Below, one piece after another: positions 1 to 15,100 of a stretch of DNA of 64,000 nucleotides. Origin of the DNA: Paragordius varius (lineage: Eukaryota; Animalia; Nematomorpha). Positions within the stretch are counted from its first letter, which is position 1. Each line of letters starts with the position of its first letter. A program made the translations under genes and the position numbers. The notes under the pieces are model-generated. The model worked only from the letters and a program-made list of their open reading frames with translations, was not told where the DNA came from and ran no database searches. The stretch lies in the NCBI GenBank assembly GCA_964247055.1, contig OZ176054.1:2418001-2482000 (forward strand), in the 5' to 3' direction.

Positions 1-427
1 CCCATTATTATCAGACTAAGCGTGTTTTGACAAGGCCAGCTGTTATATTATATTTAAATGGTTTTATGATAATTTGGATTTCTCATACTCTATACCTTAT
101 AAATCAAATAAGATAAGCTCGGAGTCTAAATAGATGCATCGTTTGTATTTTAGTAACTTATAAAATATTACTTTTATCTTCTTTATTTCCGAATGAAATT
201 CAAATATAAAATGGATATTAATTAATTTAAGCGCGATTTTTTTAAATCTCATATGTTTTTGTATCCATTGCCGGTGTTTATAACAAAAGAATTATAAAAA
301 ATATTACCATATGTTTAATCTTTACTTTTTTATAAAAGATTACATTTTAGAGTAGTTTTATAACCATAACCTATTACTTTGGCTTATTTTATCAAATTAT
401 AATTGCTAAATAAATCTTCTGTTTTAA

Positions 428-945
428 CACTTCGATTTAAATTAGGGTATCTAAATACCCCAGATAAAATTTAAATTATTATTTTTAAAAAACTATTGAA
501 GAAAACGGTCCCAATTCAAATTTATGTTTCTATCCTGATAAAAATTGTAAAATAAGCCAAATATTTAAATATCATTTTGTTTTGAAAAAAAATTTCATGT
601 CAGACTACTTGGATGCCATTTTTATTTAAAAATTTTGAAAATGTAGTGTTCATATAATTTTAAGGTAAAATTAAAGCTAATTTTTTGCTTAAAATTCAGC
701 TAACATTGATAGAATTAGAAAAAGTGGTTAATTTTTTAATTTAGCCAATGCACACATGTTCGTCTAACTTTTTAGCTTTGGGTTTTACATTAAAATGGGA
801 ATAAAGTATTTTTGAATATTTTTTTTATATTTCTCTTTATCAGTGTTATATAAGCGCAAAATTTTGCCATGGTTTAGATATCTTCCATATTTAATTTTAA
901 ATAGGCCTGGGGTATATAACTACCCCAATTAAAATCGAAGGACTG
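428..945 (+). mobile_element. ~520 bp MITE-like element with ~35 bp imperfect terminal inverted repeats (family A, copy 1)
   Basis: Left end TTAA|CACTTCGATTTAAATTAGGGTATCTAAATACCCCAG is the inverted counterpart of CTGGGGTATATAACTACCCCAATTAAAATCGAAG at ~907-940. A homologous inverted copy lies at 26792-28894. The TTAA|CAC end resembles piggyBac, but the other end lacks TTAA. Confidence 0.7.
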
Positions 946-1089
946 AAATGAGTATGTTGTATCATTTTACTGTGGCAAACATAGTGTATAGGGTGCGAAG
1001 CTGGTATTTGAAAATAGGGCTTAACAAAATTGGACTTCTATGGTGGCGAATTTTTTAGGACAAGGGCTTAATAGGCGGGTTATTTGATA

Positions 1090-2010
1090 AAATCGCTCTA
1101 CTTAAATTATTGCTCCTTAGGGGTAATATTTCAGGGCCTATTAAACTTATATGGCCTGATATGTTTTCTAAAATTTGACTCCAAAGTCACGCTGTATCGA
1201 TATGATGGCATAGTTGTAGACGAGTAGTCCCCTACCCAGGGCCAATATAAAAATGTAGTTCGATAAAAAAATTGCCTTTATACGGGATTTCTTGGAATCA
1301 TCATTCATTCCATATGTTCTTAATAGTTTTTGGAAGAAGGGCTCAAAACTAAATATTAGTTCAATGATAGCGCATTTTTTAGGGCGTAAAGGGCCTATTT
1401 AACCCCTAATTAAAAAAAACCGCTCGACTAAATTTTTGCCTTTTTACGGGTATTATTTCAGGCCCTTTATTAACCTTATATGGCCTGATAAGTTTTTTGA
1501 AAATTAACTCCTAAATAACGCATTTTCGATATGGTGGGGCAGTTTTAGGCGGGCAGCTTCCCTACCCAGAGGCTGATACAAAAAAAGCGCTTTATTAAAA
1601 TTTTCTTTTTACGGAGAATGCCTGGAATCATCATTCATTCCATATGCTCTCATTAGTTTTTGGAAAAATTGCCTAAAAACTAAAAAATCATTCTATGATG
1701 GCGCATAAATAACGGCTAATTTTAAAAACCGTACGACCTAATTTTTGCCTTATTACGGGTAATATTTTAAGCAGCTATTAAACTCATAAGGCCTGATAGA
1801 TTTTCTGAAATTTAGCCTCAAAGGCACGCTATTTCAATATGTCGGGTCAGTTTTTAGCGGGTATCTCCTTACCCGGCAGCCAATATAAAAACAATCGAGT
1901 AAAATTTTGTCACGGAGAATACCTGGAATTCTTATTAAATTTTTACGGTCTCATACCTTTGGCGAAAAATCTATTCAAAAAATTGTTTTTGTGGACTTTG
2001 TTTTTTTGAA
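1090..2010. repeat. Degenerate tandem array, about 3 units of ~310-330 bp
   Basis: Marker motifs recur: GGCCTGATA at ~1154/1483/1791, CCYTACCCRG at ~1230/1561/1868, GGAATCATCATTCATTCCATATG at ~1294/1624. Related sequence at 33510-34310. Confidence 0.75.
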
Positions 2011-3399
2011 AAAATGGTGTTTTCGGGGAGAGCGGGTAAAACGAGGGCCTAAATTAAAGGTGAGCCGACTATGTTCGGCGCAATCAAAAATAAGTAAAAA
2101 AAATCTGAAATCGAATGGCTCAACATGTTTTCCGCAAAATTGTCTCAAAGACATGGTTTTTATGGACTTCTGTTTTTAAAACCCTTTTTTCACACGGGGT
2201 GGGCCCTAACTGGGGGCCGAATTCAAAAAGGGCTAAGCTATTGTCGGGGCATTCATTAATGATTATATTTTTTCGACATTTGGATTTGAATGGGTCTACC
2301 GGTTTTCCGGAAACACATCAAGCCACCACTTTCCATTTTTATAAATATAAAGATAATATATTCTCTTGTGCAATTTAATGGAAGTTTTAAAAAATTTATG
2401 TATAAATACGCTTTAAAAGGACATAAAATGCACTTTATAGTTTTCCAATTTTATGGTGCATAAGTGTTGATCACATACTTTCGGGCATATTTTAAATGCA
2501 AAATTTAACATAAAAATTACCTAAAAATTACCATCTGCATTATAAAATTACTTTTTTTATAAATATTATATCGCTGAATTCCACCGTTACTCTTGGTAAT
2601 AATTATGATATCCAAAAAAAATATTTTTTTATAATTAATAAATTGTTATATTTAAGTTTTGACTTCCCCTATAAGCTAATTACGGATTTATTTCGCAACG
2701 GTATATTATGTCGAATTTTTATCAAAATCGTAAAGCGTGGTTTTGAAAAACACAATTCGATTATTCAGTTTTTATTATATCAAACAACCTTGAAATTTTA
2801 TATTAGCATATATTTATTTGTGCGCCACTTAAAAGCAAAAATAATTAGTTATTACCTGCTGAAATTAATATCTGTGCCAAAAAATTGTTCCGCAAAATAA
2901 ATGTAATTATGACCACTATTTTTTGAAAGCAAAACACAAGGTCAAACTAAAAATGCCATAAATAAAGCCTTGTGCCGAAAAAAACTTAAATGTGTTAATT
3001 ATAAATGTTTTATATCAGTAAATTCATATTTATTTTGAAAAATAACTAAATTGTTAATTATCTAGAGTTTAAAGTTTTGTAATTTTTTAATAGGTGGGGG
3101 GGATTGTTTTTAAATAGTTTGAAATAAGTAACTGGGTCCATATATATATTCAAAACCCAAGCTAAAAAATATTTGGACTATTAACAAGTAGAAAATTAGC
3201 TTATGAGATTATATTGAAAACGAATTTTTTTCACAGTTAAATTTTCTAGTAACACAGAATTCTAAATAATTTACACAAATTAACATTAATATACACACCT
3301 TTTCCCGTAATAATATACATAACAACAAATCGTATTTGTTTTTCACCTTTTGATATTTTTTTATATCAAAAAAATTTTTTTGATTCGACAATTCGATTG

Positions 3400-4601
3400 A
3401 TTTAATTGTTTATTTTGTAGAAGTTTGCAATATAAATAATAATATACCAACCTAAAAAACAAAATATATATATCAGTAAATAATTTATAAATATATCACT
3501 TGAATCTTCTCTTAGTATTTTAGTTATACCAAATTTTATTTATAGCTATATCCTGATCAACTATGGATTTACCTGTAATTTTTGATAATATTTTACTTAG
3601 AAAAACTTGATTTATCAAAATCCCTAATTAACAACCTCTTTGTTTTAATGAAAATTTCCAGGAACCTATAATTCAATGATATATAATTGATAGATTTTTG
3701 ACGTTCTCGATAGTAAAATAATCCCAAATCTAATTCAAACTTGAAATGGTATAATTTTCTTGCTTTTTGATTTATTAAATTTATATTTAGAATTATATAT
3801 TTTAAGTAATACATTAATTATTTTTGATAAATTGTAGCCCCTTAAAAATTATCAATGACACTCATTTATAAATTTTTAGACGAACGCTGAAATAAACTTA
3901 AATCATTTCTTTTTAAACAAATATTTTAGAATAAACTGATTGGAAATTTTAAATATTTTTAAATATCATTAGAAAAATTTTGATACCCATTTTGACTTTT
4001 GCCATATATAAACTTTTTTAAAATTTCATATTTTTGCAAAATTATTTTTATATCATCGAGTAAAGGTGCATTATTATCAAATAATTTAATTATATATATA
4101 TATATATATATAATATATATATATTTAATTTGTTTGCATATTTTACATTATAATAACTGATTGATAAAAATGAGGTTAATTAATAGGTGTCGTTTTATCA
4201 ATTATAATTATATTGATATATCATCTATCTTTCAAAAGTCACAATTAACTTACTTTTTTAGCAAATAATTTGCTTTTTAAGTTGATATTTGATATCAAAT
4301 ATCTAACTAAAATTATTTATATAGTTCGATTTTTTTATATAAGACTTAATGTCTTTCAAAGTTAAAGATTAAAATAATAAGAAAAATCAACCAACCAACT
4401 CATGTTCCCACAAGGTAATTGAGTGTTAAATTTAACACTTTCCTACCAATTTTTTGCGATTTTTTTGCGATTTTTTTACGATTCTATTAGATATTTTATT
4501 TTTTCTTTTATAAAAAATTATGATTTGATATATATATTTATTAATACGGTTCAAAATGGTGCACATAGCTATATCCTTTTAGTCTAATTAACTATACCTT
4601 T

Positions 4602-4632
<31 letters not shown>

Positions 4633-5800
4633 TTCATGGACATTTCTTATCTTTTATGATGTTTATTTCGACATTATGATTTTTAAGACAAAAGGTTTTT
4701 TAGAAGTAACTTGTTATATGTAGATATAATAAAAAAAATTACGCAAAAATTGATAAAATAATGATAATAAATTAGTTTGTTTAACTTAAACACTTGCAAT
4801 GCAAATTTGTCATTGAACTTTTTATGGTAAGTGATTTTTGAAATGAAGAAAAAATTGTTTAATATAAACTCTCAAAAGAGTAACCTATGGTCTATTATTG
4901 ATATAATATATACATTTTCAGAAGGGCTCAGGACCGCCCTAAAAGTTTTTAAACTTTTCTTTTAACTCGATACTATAAAAAATTTTAAGCAATAGACTAC
5001 ATTCTTATTGTATCTAAAAAATCTAGTAATCTTGACTTTCTCTGTATTTTGGAGCCTCTCTTTTATAAAATAAAGTTAAATTTTACTTAAATTTTCGAGA
5101 ACCATAATTTTGAACAGAATACAATTATGTACCTAACTTTAATAATTCCGCATATAAATTTTTAATATATGGATTTTAGACTTCTAAAAAGCTGTTGATT
5201 TGGGTAAAATAAATTTAAATCATTACCAAACTCCCTTACCCTAATTGTGTTTAATTCGTAAAGCTTGTTTGAATTTTGTTATATGCAACTAAAATGGCCT
5301 TAATCCAGAATAATACATTTTTTCCTATAAATAAAATTCTAATCAGTAATTTTTCCATTTTTTTAATTATATTAATATCAGCAATACATCGTTTGCTATT
5401 TGTAATATTCAACTTTGTGGCAATATATTAAAAATGATTTTTTTATTTTGAGAAATATGTTTTAAAATTGTAAGCCATATATAAATAATCTATTTTATTA
5501 TAATTCTATCAACCTTGACAATGAATGTATATAATATCTCTTCACACATTCAATAGTAAGCAGGTATTTATTTGTTAAATATTCATTTTTTTGTTATAAA
5601 AAGAATAAAAAAGCAGATTTTATCTTTTTTTCTATTTTCAAACAAATAGGTATATATTTTGAAAAGAAGAAAACAGCAAAATCTTATAAAAATTAGCTTT
5701 GATATGCAAATTTTAACAATAAACCACTTTTATATCCTGAAATTCAATCCGTTTTTACGCTAAAATAATTGTGATGAAATACATATCTGTAGTAAAATAT
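3400..5800 (+). pseudogene. Possible heavily decayed leucine-rich-repeat gene
   Basis: Short LRR-like peptides among many stops and frameshifts: LEKLDLSKSLINNL (~3597), AVDLG/NKFKSLPNSL (~5191-5238, frameshifted), NPF..C (~5745). No continuous ORF. Confidence 0.25.
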
Positions 5801-6212
5801 TTGGTTTTTTTGTATCTTTTGAGACAGTTATTTAAAATAAGAAATTGTAAATTTTGAGCACATTATGACATAAAAATGATGGAAATAAAACTAAATGCCT
5901 TACACTCAATTATTATTTTTCCTAAATATCAGATATTTTATAGAGTAAAATACAAAAACATTATCAATCCGTAAAATAAACCGTATAAGTTTCATCTCTC
6001 TTAATTTTTTAACGTGATCATTTGAGACTCTTATACAATACCATACCCAAAAAGTCGCGATTAAGCGATAGAATTTTTGATATTGGCCAAGTTTATCTAT
6101 AAAAATAAAATTTAGGTAAATAATTTAGCTAAATTTTGTTAAAACACATATCGCTTAAAAAAGCCATTTGCTGAATATATATTTAAATGCAGCAATTAAT
6201 ATTTAACTAAAA

Positions 6213-6275
6213 CAGGTGGGTCCAACACCCGCGGGCCGCATGGCTCGTCAAATTGCAACCCGCAAAAACGTTATC
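6213..6275 (+). mobile_element. Probable terminus of a hAT (Charlie-type) MITE, other end not found
   Basis: CAGGTGGGTCCAACACCCGCGGGCCGCATGGC resembles the left end of the complete hAT MITE at 34831 (CAGAGCTGTCCAACATGCGGCCC). Confidence 0.35.
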
Positions 6276-7105
6276 TAATTAAAAGATATTTTCTTAAACC
6301 AATTTTCCGATTTTTTAATTATCAAATAATAGTAGTTTTTACAGTCCCATGTTTAAAATGTGATAAAATACTTGGTTTTGCTATATATATTCGGCAAATG
6401 CGGGCTATCGGATTTTTGATCCAAAAATGTTACTCAGGATATGTTTGAAATCTGCTAAAATATATATTAACCCATGTGGATTTATGCCATCCGTAGCATT
6501 TTTAAGTTAAAATTGCCTCCTACGAAGCATTTTATGTTAGTATTATTTTAAAGGGTATTATAGGGCGGAAATTCCAAATATTTTTTTTACTTTTTTAACA
6601 CAGTCAAGCCTTGCATTTTCAAGCATTTCTTCGGTTAAAACACTTAAATTTAAAAACAAATGTAATTATTATATTTTAAGCTGGCATGCACAAATATTTT
6701 TTATGCATTTTTAGCTGGAATAATTTGCTACTTCTTTGATTGCGAAAATCTAATCCCATATTTATATTAACCTTAGTCATCAAAGAGTTAATGTCATTTC
6801 CTAATTTTCTTTGCTTTTATTATATAAGGATTTTATTTATTTTGTCTCAACATGTCCTTTTATAGCATACTTAATTAGTATATTGTATATTGGCAAGACA
6901 CATCTCAAAAACTTTTTTATTTATATATATAGATATAAATATTTTTTTCGAATTGTAGATGTTTTTATTTAATGAGAATGATGTAAATTATCAACTTTAA
7001 TATAAATTTTCAATTCGATTTCATTCAATTCATGGTCATGGTCAATTGAGTCATATTAAAAAAAACATACAAAATAATATAAAATTTATATTTCATAAAA
7101 ATTGT

Positions 7106-7125
7106 TGTGTGTGTGTGTGTGTGTG
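7106..7125. repeat. (TG)10 microsatellite
   Basis: Read directly from the sequence. Confidence 0.95.
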
Positions 7126-9199
7126 CTTTTTGACAAATGCGCACATATCATAAAAATGACCTTAATTACTACTTATTATATATTATTTAATATAAATAAT
7201 TTTTATTCAGTTACAAGACAAAAACATATTAGCTAAAGTGTTTTTTTGCTTAGGCATTTAAAAACCAATCAACCGCTCATATAAAGACACATCAAATTAT
7301 ATTAAAAAATGCTGCCAAAAGTAATGTTTTAGAGGTTGTAGAGTTAATTATATGAGACAAAAATATTTCTAAACTTTTGTTTTGTAATCCAAAAAAATAC
7401 GAACGGGTTAGAGATGGATTATCGATGCCCTTTTAAAGCCAAAATTGATATATTCGCTTTATTAATAGCAATAAGGTTGGTTTTCCCAGTTTTAACTGTA
7501 TAATTTAGGACTTTCTATATATATATATATATATATATATTAAAGCATGCGCGTATAAACCAGTATATTGTGACAAAATGGTTAGTAAATAAATAACAAA
7601 TTTAAAATGTTTACATAAAAGCTTATCGGCTACACTAAAACTGTGTATACGTTTTCGTATTTATTCAATTCAATTTACTATAATTTATTGTCCAATTAAT
7701 ATAAAAATATTAGTGTCTGAATTTCCTTTTTTTTCGGATTTTATATCACATTTAATATAATTCTGCTTGAAAATTATCATTCATGCGATTCCATATACAG
7801 TTAGTAAGATATATTACGATAAATTTAGAAAAATAATCGTTAAAATCTGAATTTTTATGAATTAGAGTCAACTAATGATTGATTGTAAAAAATAGTATGG
7901 CACACTAGAGATTGATATTAAAACAAAACAGAACAGTTACGATTTCGACCTCGACATACAACTTACCGACTCCATATTTCAAAAAACGGTTCTGAGATTA
8001 TAAATAAAAATTGCTTTTTTTTCAAAATTGATTAACAGAGAGTACATCTTTTATATATGTAAATCTCCCTTAAGTTTTCCATCAAATTTTGAGATCATTT
8101 ATAACACATTAGACTCCAATTACGGTTAGTTTTAAGTTATTTAGTTTAAGTTAGATATCTTTTTAATATCACATGCCTACTTTTTAAATATGCTTTATGG
8201 ATAACAAAACATTTTTCCCATTTCATTTGCTCTCAATAAGGGACACGTTGAGGTTAAAAATATAAATTCACCCAAAACAAATGTATAATTATCGGCTGTC
8301 CAAATTTTATGAACTAAACTTAAAAACTTGTTTAAAAAATTATAAGAATTACTTTTATTTTGTTTTCTACAATTTATATATCGATAAAATAAACTTATTT
8401 TTTGTTTTATCAATAAAACTTATAATATCTTAATTAACAGCGGGATACTTGTTAAAACTTTTTTTATCCTTTTTTGTAAATCCTCCTTATTCTAAAGATC
8501 AAGTTCATTCATATTTTAAGTAAAAATTAAGTTGGATTTTTCTTATTTTATATTAAAAAGAACATTATATTGAACAAATAGGAGTTGATTTGCAAATAAC
8601 TTTAACATTATTACATTCATTTTTATCGGATTAATCGTGCTACATTGTAATACATACATAGTTAACGTGTTGCGGGTAAATGTATCAATTTCAATTTCAA
8701 TTCGCTTTGATGATATCAAAACCAACCAATATTTTTATGCTGTATGATAAAATATGATTTAAGTAAATTATAATATATTTTTTACAAAATTATGATATGT
8801 GGTGCATAACATTTTATATCATCTCTGCCCTATACCCTCTTAACTTAATTTAAAATTAATGTTAATGTGTCAAAAAAGTTGACATTTGTCACATTTATTA
8901 ATTTATTTTTCCACCCGCCCAAACATATTTTATGTTATACAAATATATGTTTTGGCTCAAAAACTTGTGGATTTAGTTAATTAATATATATATTTCGCAC
9001 ATTAACAAAAATTTATGTACTAAGTACTGCTATTCTTTTTTTTACATTCATCAATAATTTTTACATAATTTTACAATGTTGAATAATTAATTTTTAGAGA
9101 TAACTAACTGATCACGAAAAATACCAATCGAATCTGGATTGCATATGGGTAAAATTTAATGGATATATCCACACAAACAATATCTTTTCTTTTGATTGA

Positions 9200-12100
9200 A
9201 TGCGAATCCCATCACCCTATGATATTGAACAACAAAATATTCATTTGAGAAAACAAAATATGTTACAAAACACCCCTTCTTATCATAATTTTAATCATAA
9301 TTCCACCATCTCACCAACGGGTAATAGATCGACGTCTCAAGGGCCCGCCGCGAAATCTAATCAACCATACTATAAAGAATATGATGTCAGTCGAGATGAT
9401 TTCAATATTAATAACCGAGGAGCAAAAAATAATGGGCTTGGTGGATATACGTATGAAACTACTGATTATACGGAACAAACTACAGTAGCTTATGAACAGC
9501 CACAACAGCGGCGTAATAAGAGTGGGAATGAACAACAACCCTCTCGAAATGGTGGTCGATATTTTTATTACCAAGATTTCGATGATTCTGGAATACAGGA
9601 TGTTGATAACGTGGGAAGGGGCACAAGGCAAGACACTATTTCACATCATCATTATCAAGCTCCAATCATACTTAAGGATGGACACGAGATAGATCAGGGT
9701 TATTATAGAACCCCAGTTCCACATAGGAGTAAAAGGCAAGTGAATACAGTCCAAAATTATCATGAATTTGATCGGGAACATGGGATAACTCCTTCGCCCA
9801 TTCCTGCTGACGAGTTAGGTTGTTCAACCAGGCAAACATCTAAATACATTGCACCCAGTCCCCGGAGAGCAAAACTATACGATATGGAAAACGATGGCGA
9901 AAACAATAATTGCGTTGAATGTGCAAATACCAGCAATTATGGAAAACGGAGTCTTTCGACCCCAACCCACAAAGTATATGGTACAAGCCATAAAAATAAT
10001 ATGACACGGCAAGAAGAAGATAGATCCACAAAAAGTGGACAATACATGACAAACTATCCAGAATACGTGGATGATGATGAGTTTACGCCTAGGAGACACC
10101 ATAATCATTATGGTGAAAATAGGTCGACATTACGGTAATATATCTAATGATTTTCTCAATGTGACATATATTTACAGTAAAAATTGAAATTATACGGACA
10201 AAACGTAAAAATATAAAGATAAAAGTTTTTCTTTTCAAAGACAACTATACTTTTTAAACCCTAATTCATCCTATAAAAATCATTATTTTACAATCGTAAA
10301 CTATATAATTGATTGTATTACCAATTTACATCTCTATTTTATACTTTGCAGTTTAAAACAATCAATTATATTTTAAAGAATCAAAATTTAAAAAGTATGA
10401 TTGTCTCTTTATATTATTACGTTTGTCCGTATAATTTTAGTTTTTACTGTAATAAATCCTAAACATTTATAAAGAGATTTATTGTGTCTTTAGGCCGACC
10501 ATACATTACAGTTTTTATGCAAAATTCAAAAAATCGATTATTAATTTGATAAAATAGCGATAAATTTTAGATTTCTTGGATATTAGTTTTACTTTATATC
10601 TTTAAAACCAAACTTTGCCCTATGTTATGTAATTATCTATCTCTCTATCATAAGCATAACACTTTAACAGAAATGGTAATGCCACTAAAATAATTAATTG
10701 TGCACAACGGGCTACGTATTATGACTGACCCTATGATAAATGGGCACACACCATGTTATTCTTATAAATTCCATAATATATATATTAAAGATTTTATTTT
10801 TCAAATAGACCGGGGGAAACGCAAACCCCAAACGTACACCATATGCGTCACATAAGTGATGGACAAGATTCCAGTCTTTCGACTCTAGAGAGGCGAGAAG
10901 GCAAAAGCAATTATAATTCTACTATACGTCAGCGAGCAGTGGGTGGAGATGCGATTAGTACGGCAAGTACAAACCCCGATGATATATATTGGTTGAAACC
11001 GGAACCCGTTTCCCCTCAAGACCTAAGTGCCCCAGGCTATTTCTCCAGTCGATCGGTTTTAGCTGCTGTTCCGCCCGCGAGACCGACCGTTATAACTCTT
11101 ATGCCAACATCCCCTCCCCAAGCCCCTCAAAGAAAAGGGAAACGAGTCAAGGGTGTAAGACCTGCCTCTGTGGCTACCGCTAAACCTGCATCTTATCCTA
11201 CCCAAGAAGGTAGTTTTTGAAATAAAATTTTTTTTAACATAAAATTTGGAAATTATGTTTCGGTGACATTCGTGACTACCTAAACATAGTCAATCTTTGT
11301 CATATTTTCTATGAAGTTCATTGTGAAACTTAGTTCTTTTTAAAAATTAATTTATATTAACCAGTTTCTGTTATTTAAGTGACAACTCTATCTAAAAATT
11401 TCTCGTTATAGGTTTGGGTAGATCTCCCGCCATGGATCCGTACGATCCTAGTTTAGCCACTTCTTCCCAAGTTACTGAAACGAATATGGCATATGCTGAT
11501 GGTAATATGATGATTCCTTTAGATGTCATTTCAACTAGAAGTTCAGGCGGCGGACCAACTAGTCCCCAAAAAAGTGGACAAAAAAAGCCCTCACCCCAAA
11601 GAACTTTTATGGCCTTCCAACAAATGAAAGAAGCTATGAAGTAAATTAATACTGGTGTTTTATTAAATTATAGAGTTATTGGAAACTCATTTTTTACACG
11701 GTCTTTATTTGATTCAGAGGTATCCAACACGCTTTGTTCAGTACGCAAAATGCTCTAAAGAATGTTAAAAAATAAAAAATTGGATTCACAATCAAAAATT
11801 TACGATTATTTATAAGATATACCATTTGAAATCAAACTTAAAATAAATAAAAAACCCAAAATAATAAAGTAGCCCGTGACATATCTGTACAGCCCTGATT
11901 TTATACTTTTTGTGTTATCGTTTCTTATGTAAATAAAAATTTATAAAGCTACAAAATATTGTTTTTGTACTTCATTGATTTTTTTAAAACAAAGCAAAAT
12001 TTATAATTTTTATTTAAGCGCTAATAAACATAAATTTCAATTAATTTTTGCTATAAGAAATTTTAGAAAAATCAATTGTTTATAATTTTTTTATTTTATG

Positions 12101-15100
12101 ATAATTTGTGAAAAAATATATTATTTTTCATAATTTACTCACCATATTTTTGTTGTGTTACAAAAAATTAATTAAAAAACTTGTAAAAAAATAAAAATAA
12201 AAACATGCGGGAAACTAAATTAGAATTATGCACTGTTTGTAGCAATAATTCACTAGCGAAGTTCAAAGTGCTAAAATAAATGTAGTATGTTTTTTAGTTT
12301 AATAAAAATATTTTTATTATTCAATACATAAATTATGATTCGAATTTTTGAGTTAATTAAAAAAATCAATTATAAATATTATTTATCGATGTGAAAATTT
12401 TTAATTAATCAATCAGTATGCTGTATGATTAATTGGTATATTAGAATTCCATAACAATATTCAGGGTTATTTATGTTCATAGTATTAATATTTTTATTTT
12501 GAAATTGAATTTAGATTTTTGATCAAGTTTGTTTAAGGCTCAGCTTACTATTTTTCGTTTATGAATTTTATTTGTTAAATATAAAAAAAAATTTTCTGGA
12601 GAAAATATTTGTTTTTAAATGCCTTGGTTTTGATTATAATGAAATTATGCCATAATTACCTCTATTTTTTAATATTTTGATGGGAAAAAGGTCCATAAGT
12701 AACAAACTATGGCTTAAATAAGAGTGTTTTTGCCCTAAAAGGCAAATCTTAGGTAGGATTTCGAAAAAATATTAAATTTAAAATATTGTTAAAAGATAAT
12801 TTCCAAGTGTGTTTGTGGTTTATATATCAAATTTTTATTTCTTAGTCAATACATCGCTTACCTCAAAGTTCGTATCAATGAAATGATTGAAAGGTATGAG
12901 AATATACCACCAGGCTCCTTTTTACTTCATCAAGAATCACAGACCCCTATGTCCAACGTTAAAGCCCTAAAACAAAAACAAAACGCCAACAAGAAAAAAG
13001 AAAACGGGGAATATAAATCTAAATCAGTTGGATATTCCCGAGGTCGGAAACATTTGAAAGAACTAGCATCAGATAGTATTTCAGTTCATTCAACCAATGA
13101 AGTTAGAGCTGGAGACACGGATAATCCAATCATGCTGGAGCGAAAAATCAAAAATGCCCAAAGATTACTCAAGCATTTAGAGTACCATGGTACTAAGGTG
13201 GATCGACTATACGATGATTATCTCCAGTTCCATAAAACACGAACAAGTATAAAATTTTGAAGTATCAAACAGATTTTTATTGGAGTTTTGAAGTTTAAAC
13301 AAGATTTGACGTAAAAATCAAAATTTTTTAGTCGACAAACAATTGAAACCTTATTTTATTTATAAAAACCCAACAAAAAATTTTTAAGCTATGAAGTTTG
13401 TAATTATAATGCCTTAAAGAACAAAACTATAAAAATAAAATTAATATATAAAGGTGCAAAAACGATGTCATTTGCTTACTGCGATCCCAATAACATATCG
13501 AATTCGGCTAAAGCGATGAAAGAATCCCTTATACAACTCGAGGCTGAACGCAAAAATTGTGATAAAAATATGTATTTGATTGAAAATAGATTACAAGCAC
13601 TTATGGGCACTTTTCATTTTGTCATCAAAGGTAATGAATATTATTATCCATATCTAAAACACTTTTTTACAATATTTACCCGTAACATACTTTTTTGTGT
13701 GAAACTTTAATTAAAAAATATGGTTGTAATTTGTTTTTTTGCAAATATTATTGCCATTTTAAACCATTATTCTGTTAAAAAATTGATTAGAGGTGTCCGG
13801 ATATGCCCGTGTCGGAGCTGGTGATCAATTTCAGATCGAAACAAAATATGGATTTCCCAAATTCAAGAAATTCACAGCACGTTGCAAAGTGGACAGAAAA
13901 CTTTTTCAACTTTGGGATAAACGAGGGAGAGCTTACCCATTGCTTTTACACGAATATATGCAATTAAAAGTATATTTTTTTAGGAGTGCAAATTAATTTT
14001 TATTCAAATTAAAAGAAGTTGTAAAAGAAACATTTATTTATGGTTTTATATATTTACTACATACAGATATTTGTCTCTAAAATAAGGTTTGTATGGCAAT
14101 CGGTAAGAAAAATATATAAAAATGTGCAAAATTAGAGAAATTATATATTATTATATATGGCTTTTTACATTAGGCCAAAGAAATCAAAACGTTAAACAAC
14201 CATTTGCTTATGAAAACTAGTCTTGATCCGTTAGAATTGCTATCTGTTGTGCCCATCCTCAAATACATAAAGATGACACCGAATGGATCATTGAAGCTTA
14301 ATGTCCTATTTTTCTGGAAGTATATATCGATTAAATAACTTTTGACTTTTTGGAGATGTTTTTATATTTCTTATAATTTATATTAGTCCTTTGGGTAATG
14401 AGCCGGCTGAAGAGCTAGATTTTTTATATGAAAATTCCGGCTTCTTTGATAATTTTGTCATGTCTAAAACACCATCTGAATACGTGTTGCCTAATCTCCC
14501 ACCCCTGCTTACTACTGTTGGGGGAGGATCTGAAAGCAGTTACAGAGGTTCTGCCCAAGACCTTGCTGGTCAACAAACACATTCAAATTACAGTCGTGGG
14601 ACTTCTAGGTATATATATAATTAATTGTGAGTAGTTTTTAAATTGAAAAAAAAAGCAAAAATGTACGTTAAAAATTAAAATTATAAAGACAAAAAGTTAA
14701 AACAAAAAGTCTTATATTTTTTAATAATGACAGCCGTATGTATTACCTTGTTTTAACCTAAATGAATTACTACAATTGTGAAATATATGGTAGTTTCTAT
14801 TTATTATTTTGCAAACCCGATAATTAAGTAAAAAATTGAGCATAGATATGGATGGATATCCTTATATAAAAACATTAGCCTTTTTTGTGCGTTTTGCCTT
14901 TTTAATTACAATTTTTGCCTCTGTACTATACGGATCTTCTTTTGTTACATTAACTTTTATATCTAATAAATTATAAAAAAGATAAATTTACAAAATTAAT
15001 AGCTTACTTTGTTCAAATTATTTTATCAAATAGGCCTTTGAATACCCCAGCATCTCCATATAACCAAAGAATCGTCCAGGATATAGCATATATTGATTCG

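Noticed and set aside
4571-4580. ATATCCTTTT, a U12 AT-AC 5' splice-site-like motif
   Set aside because: No supporting exons or convincing branch site, and all 69 modelled introns are GT-AG without U12 signatures.
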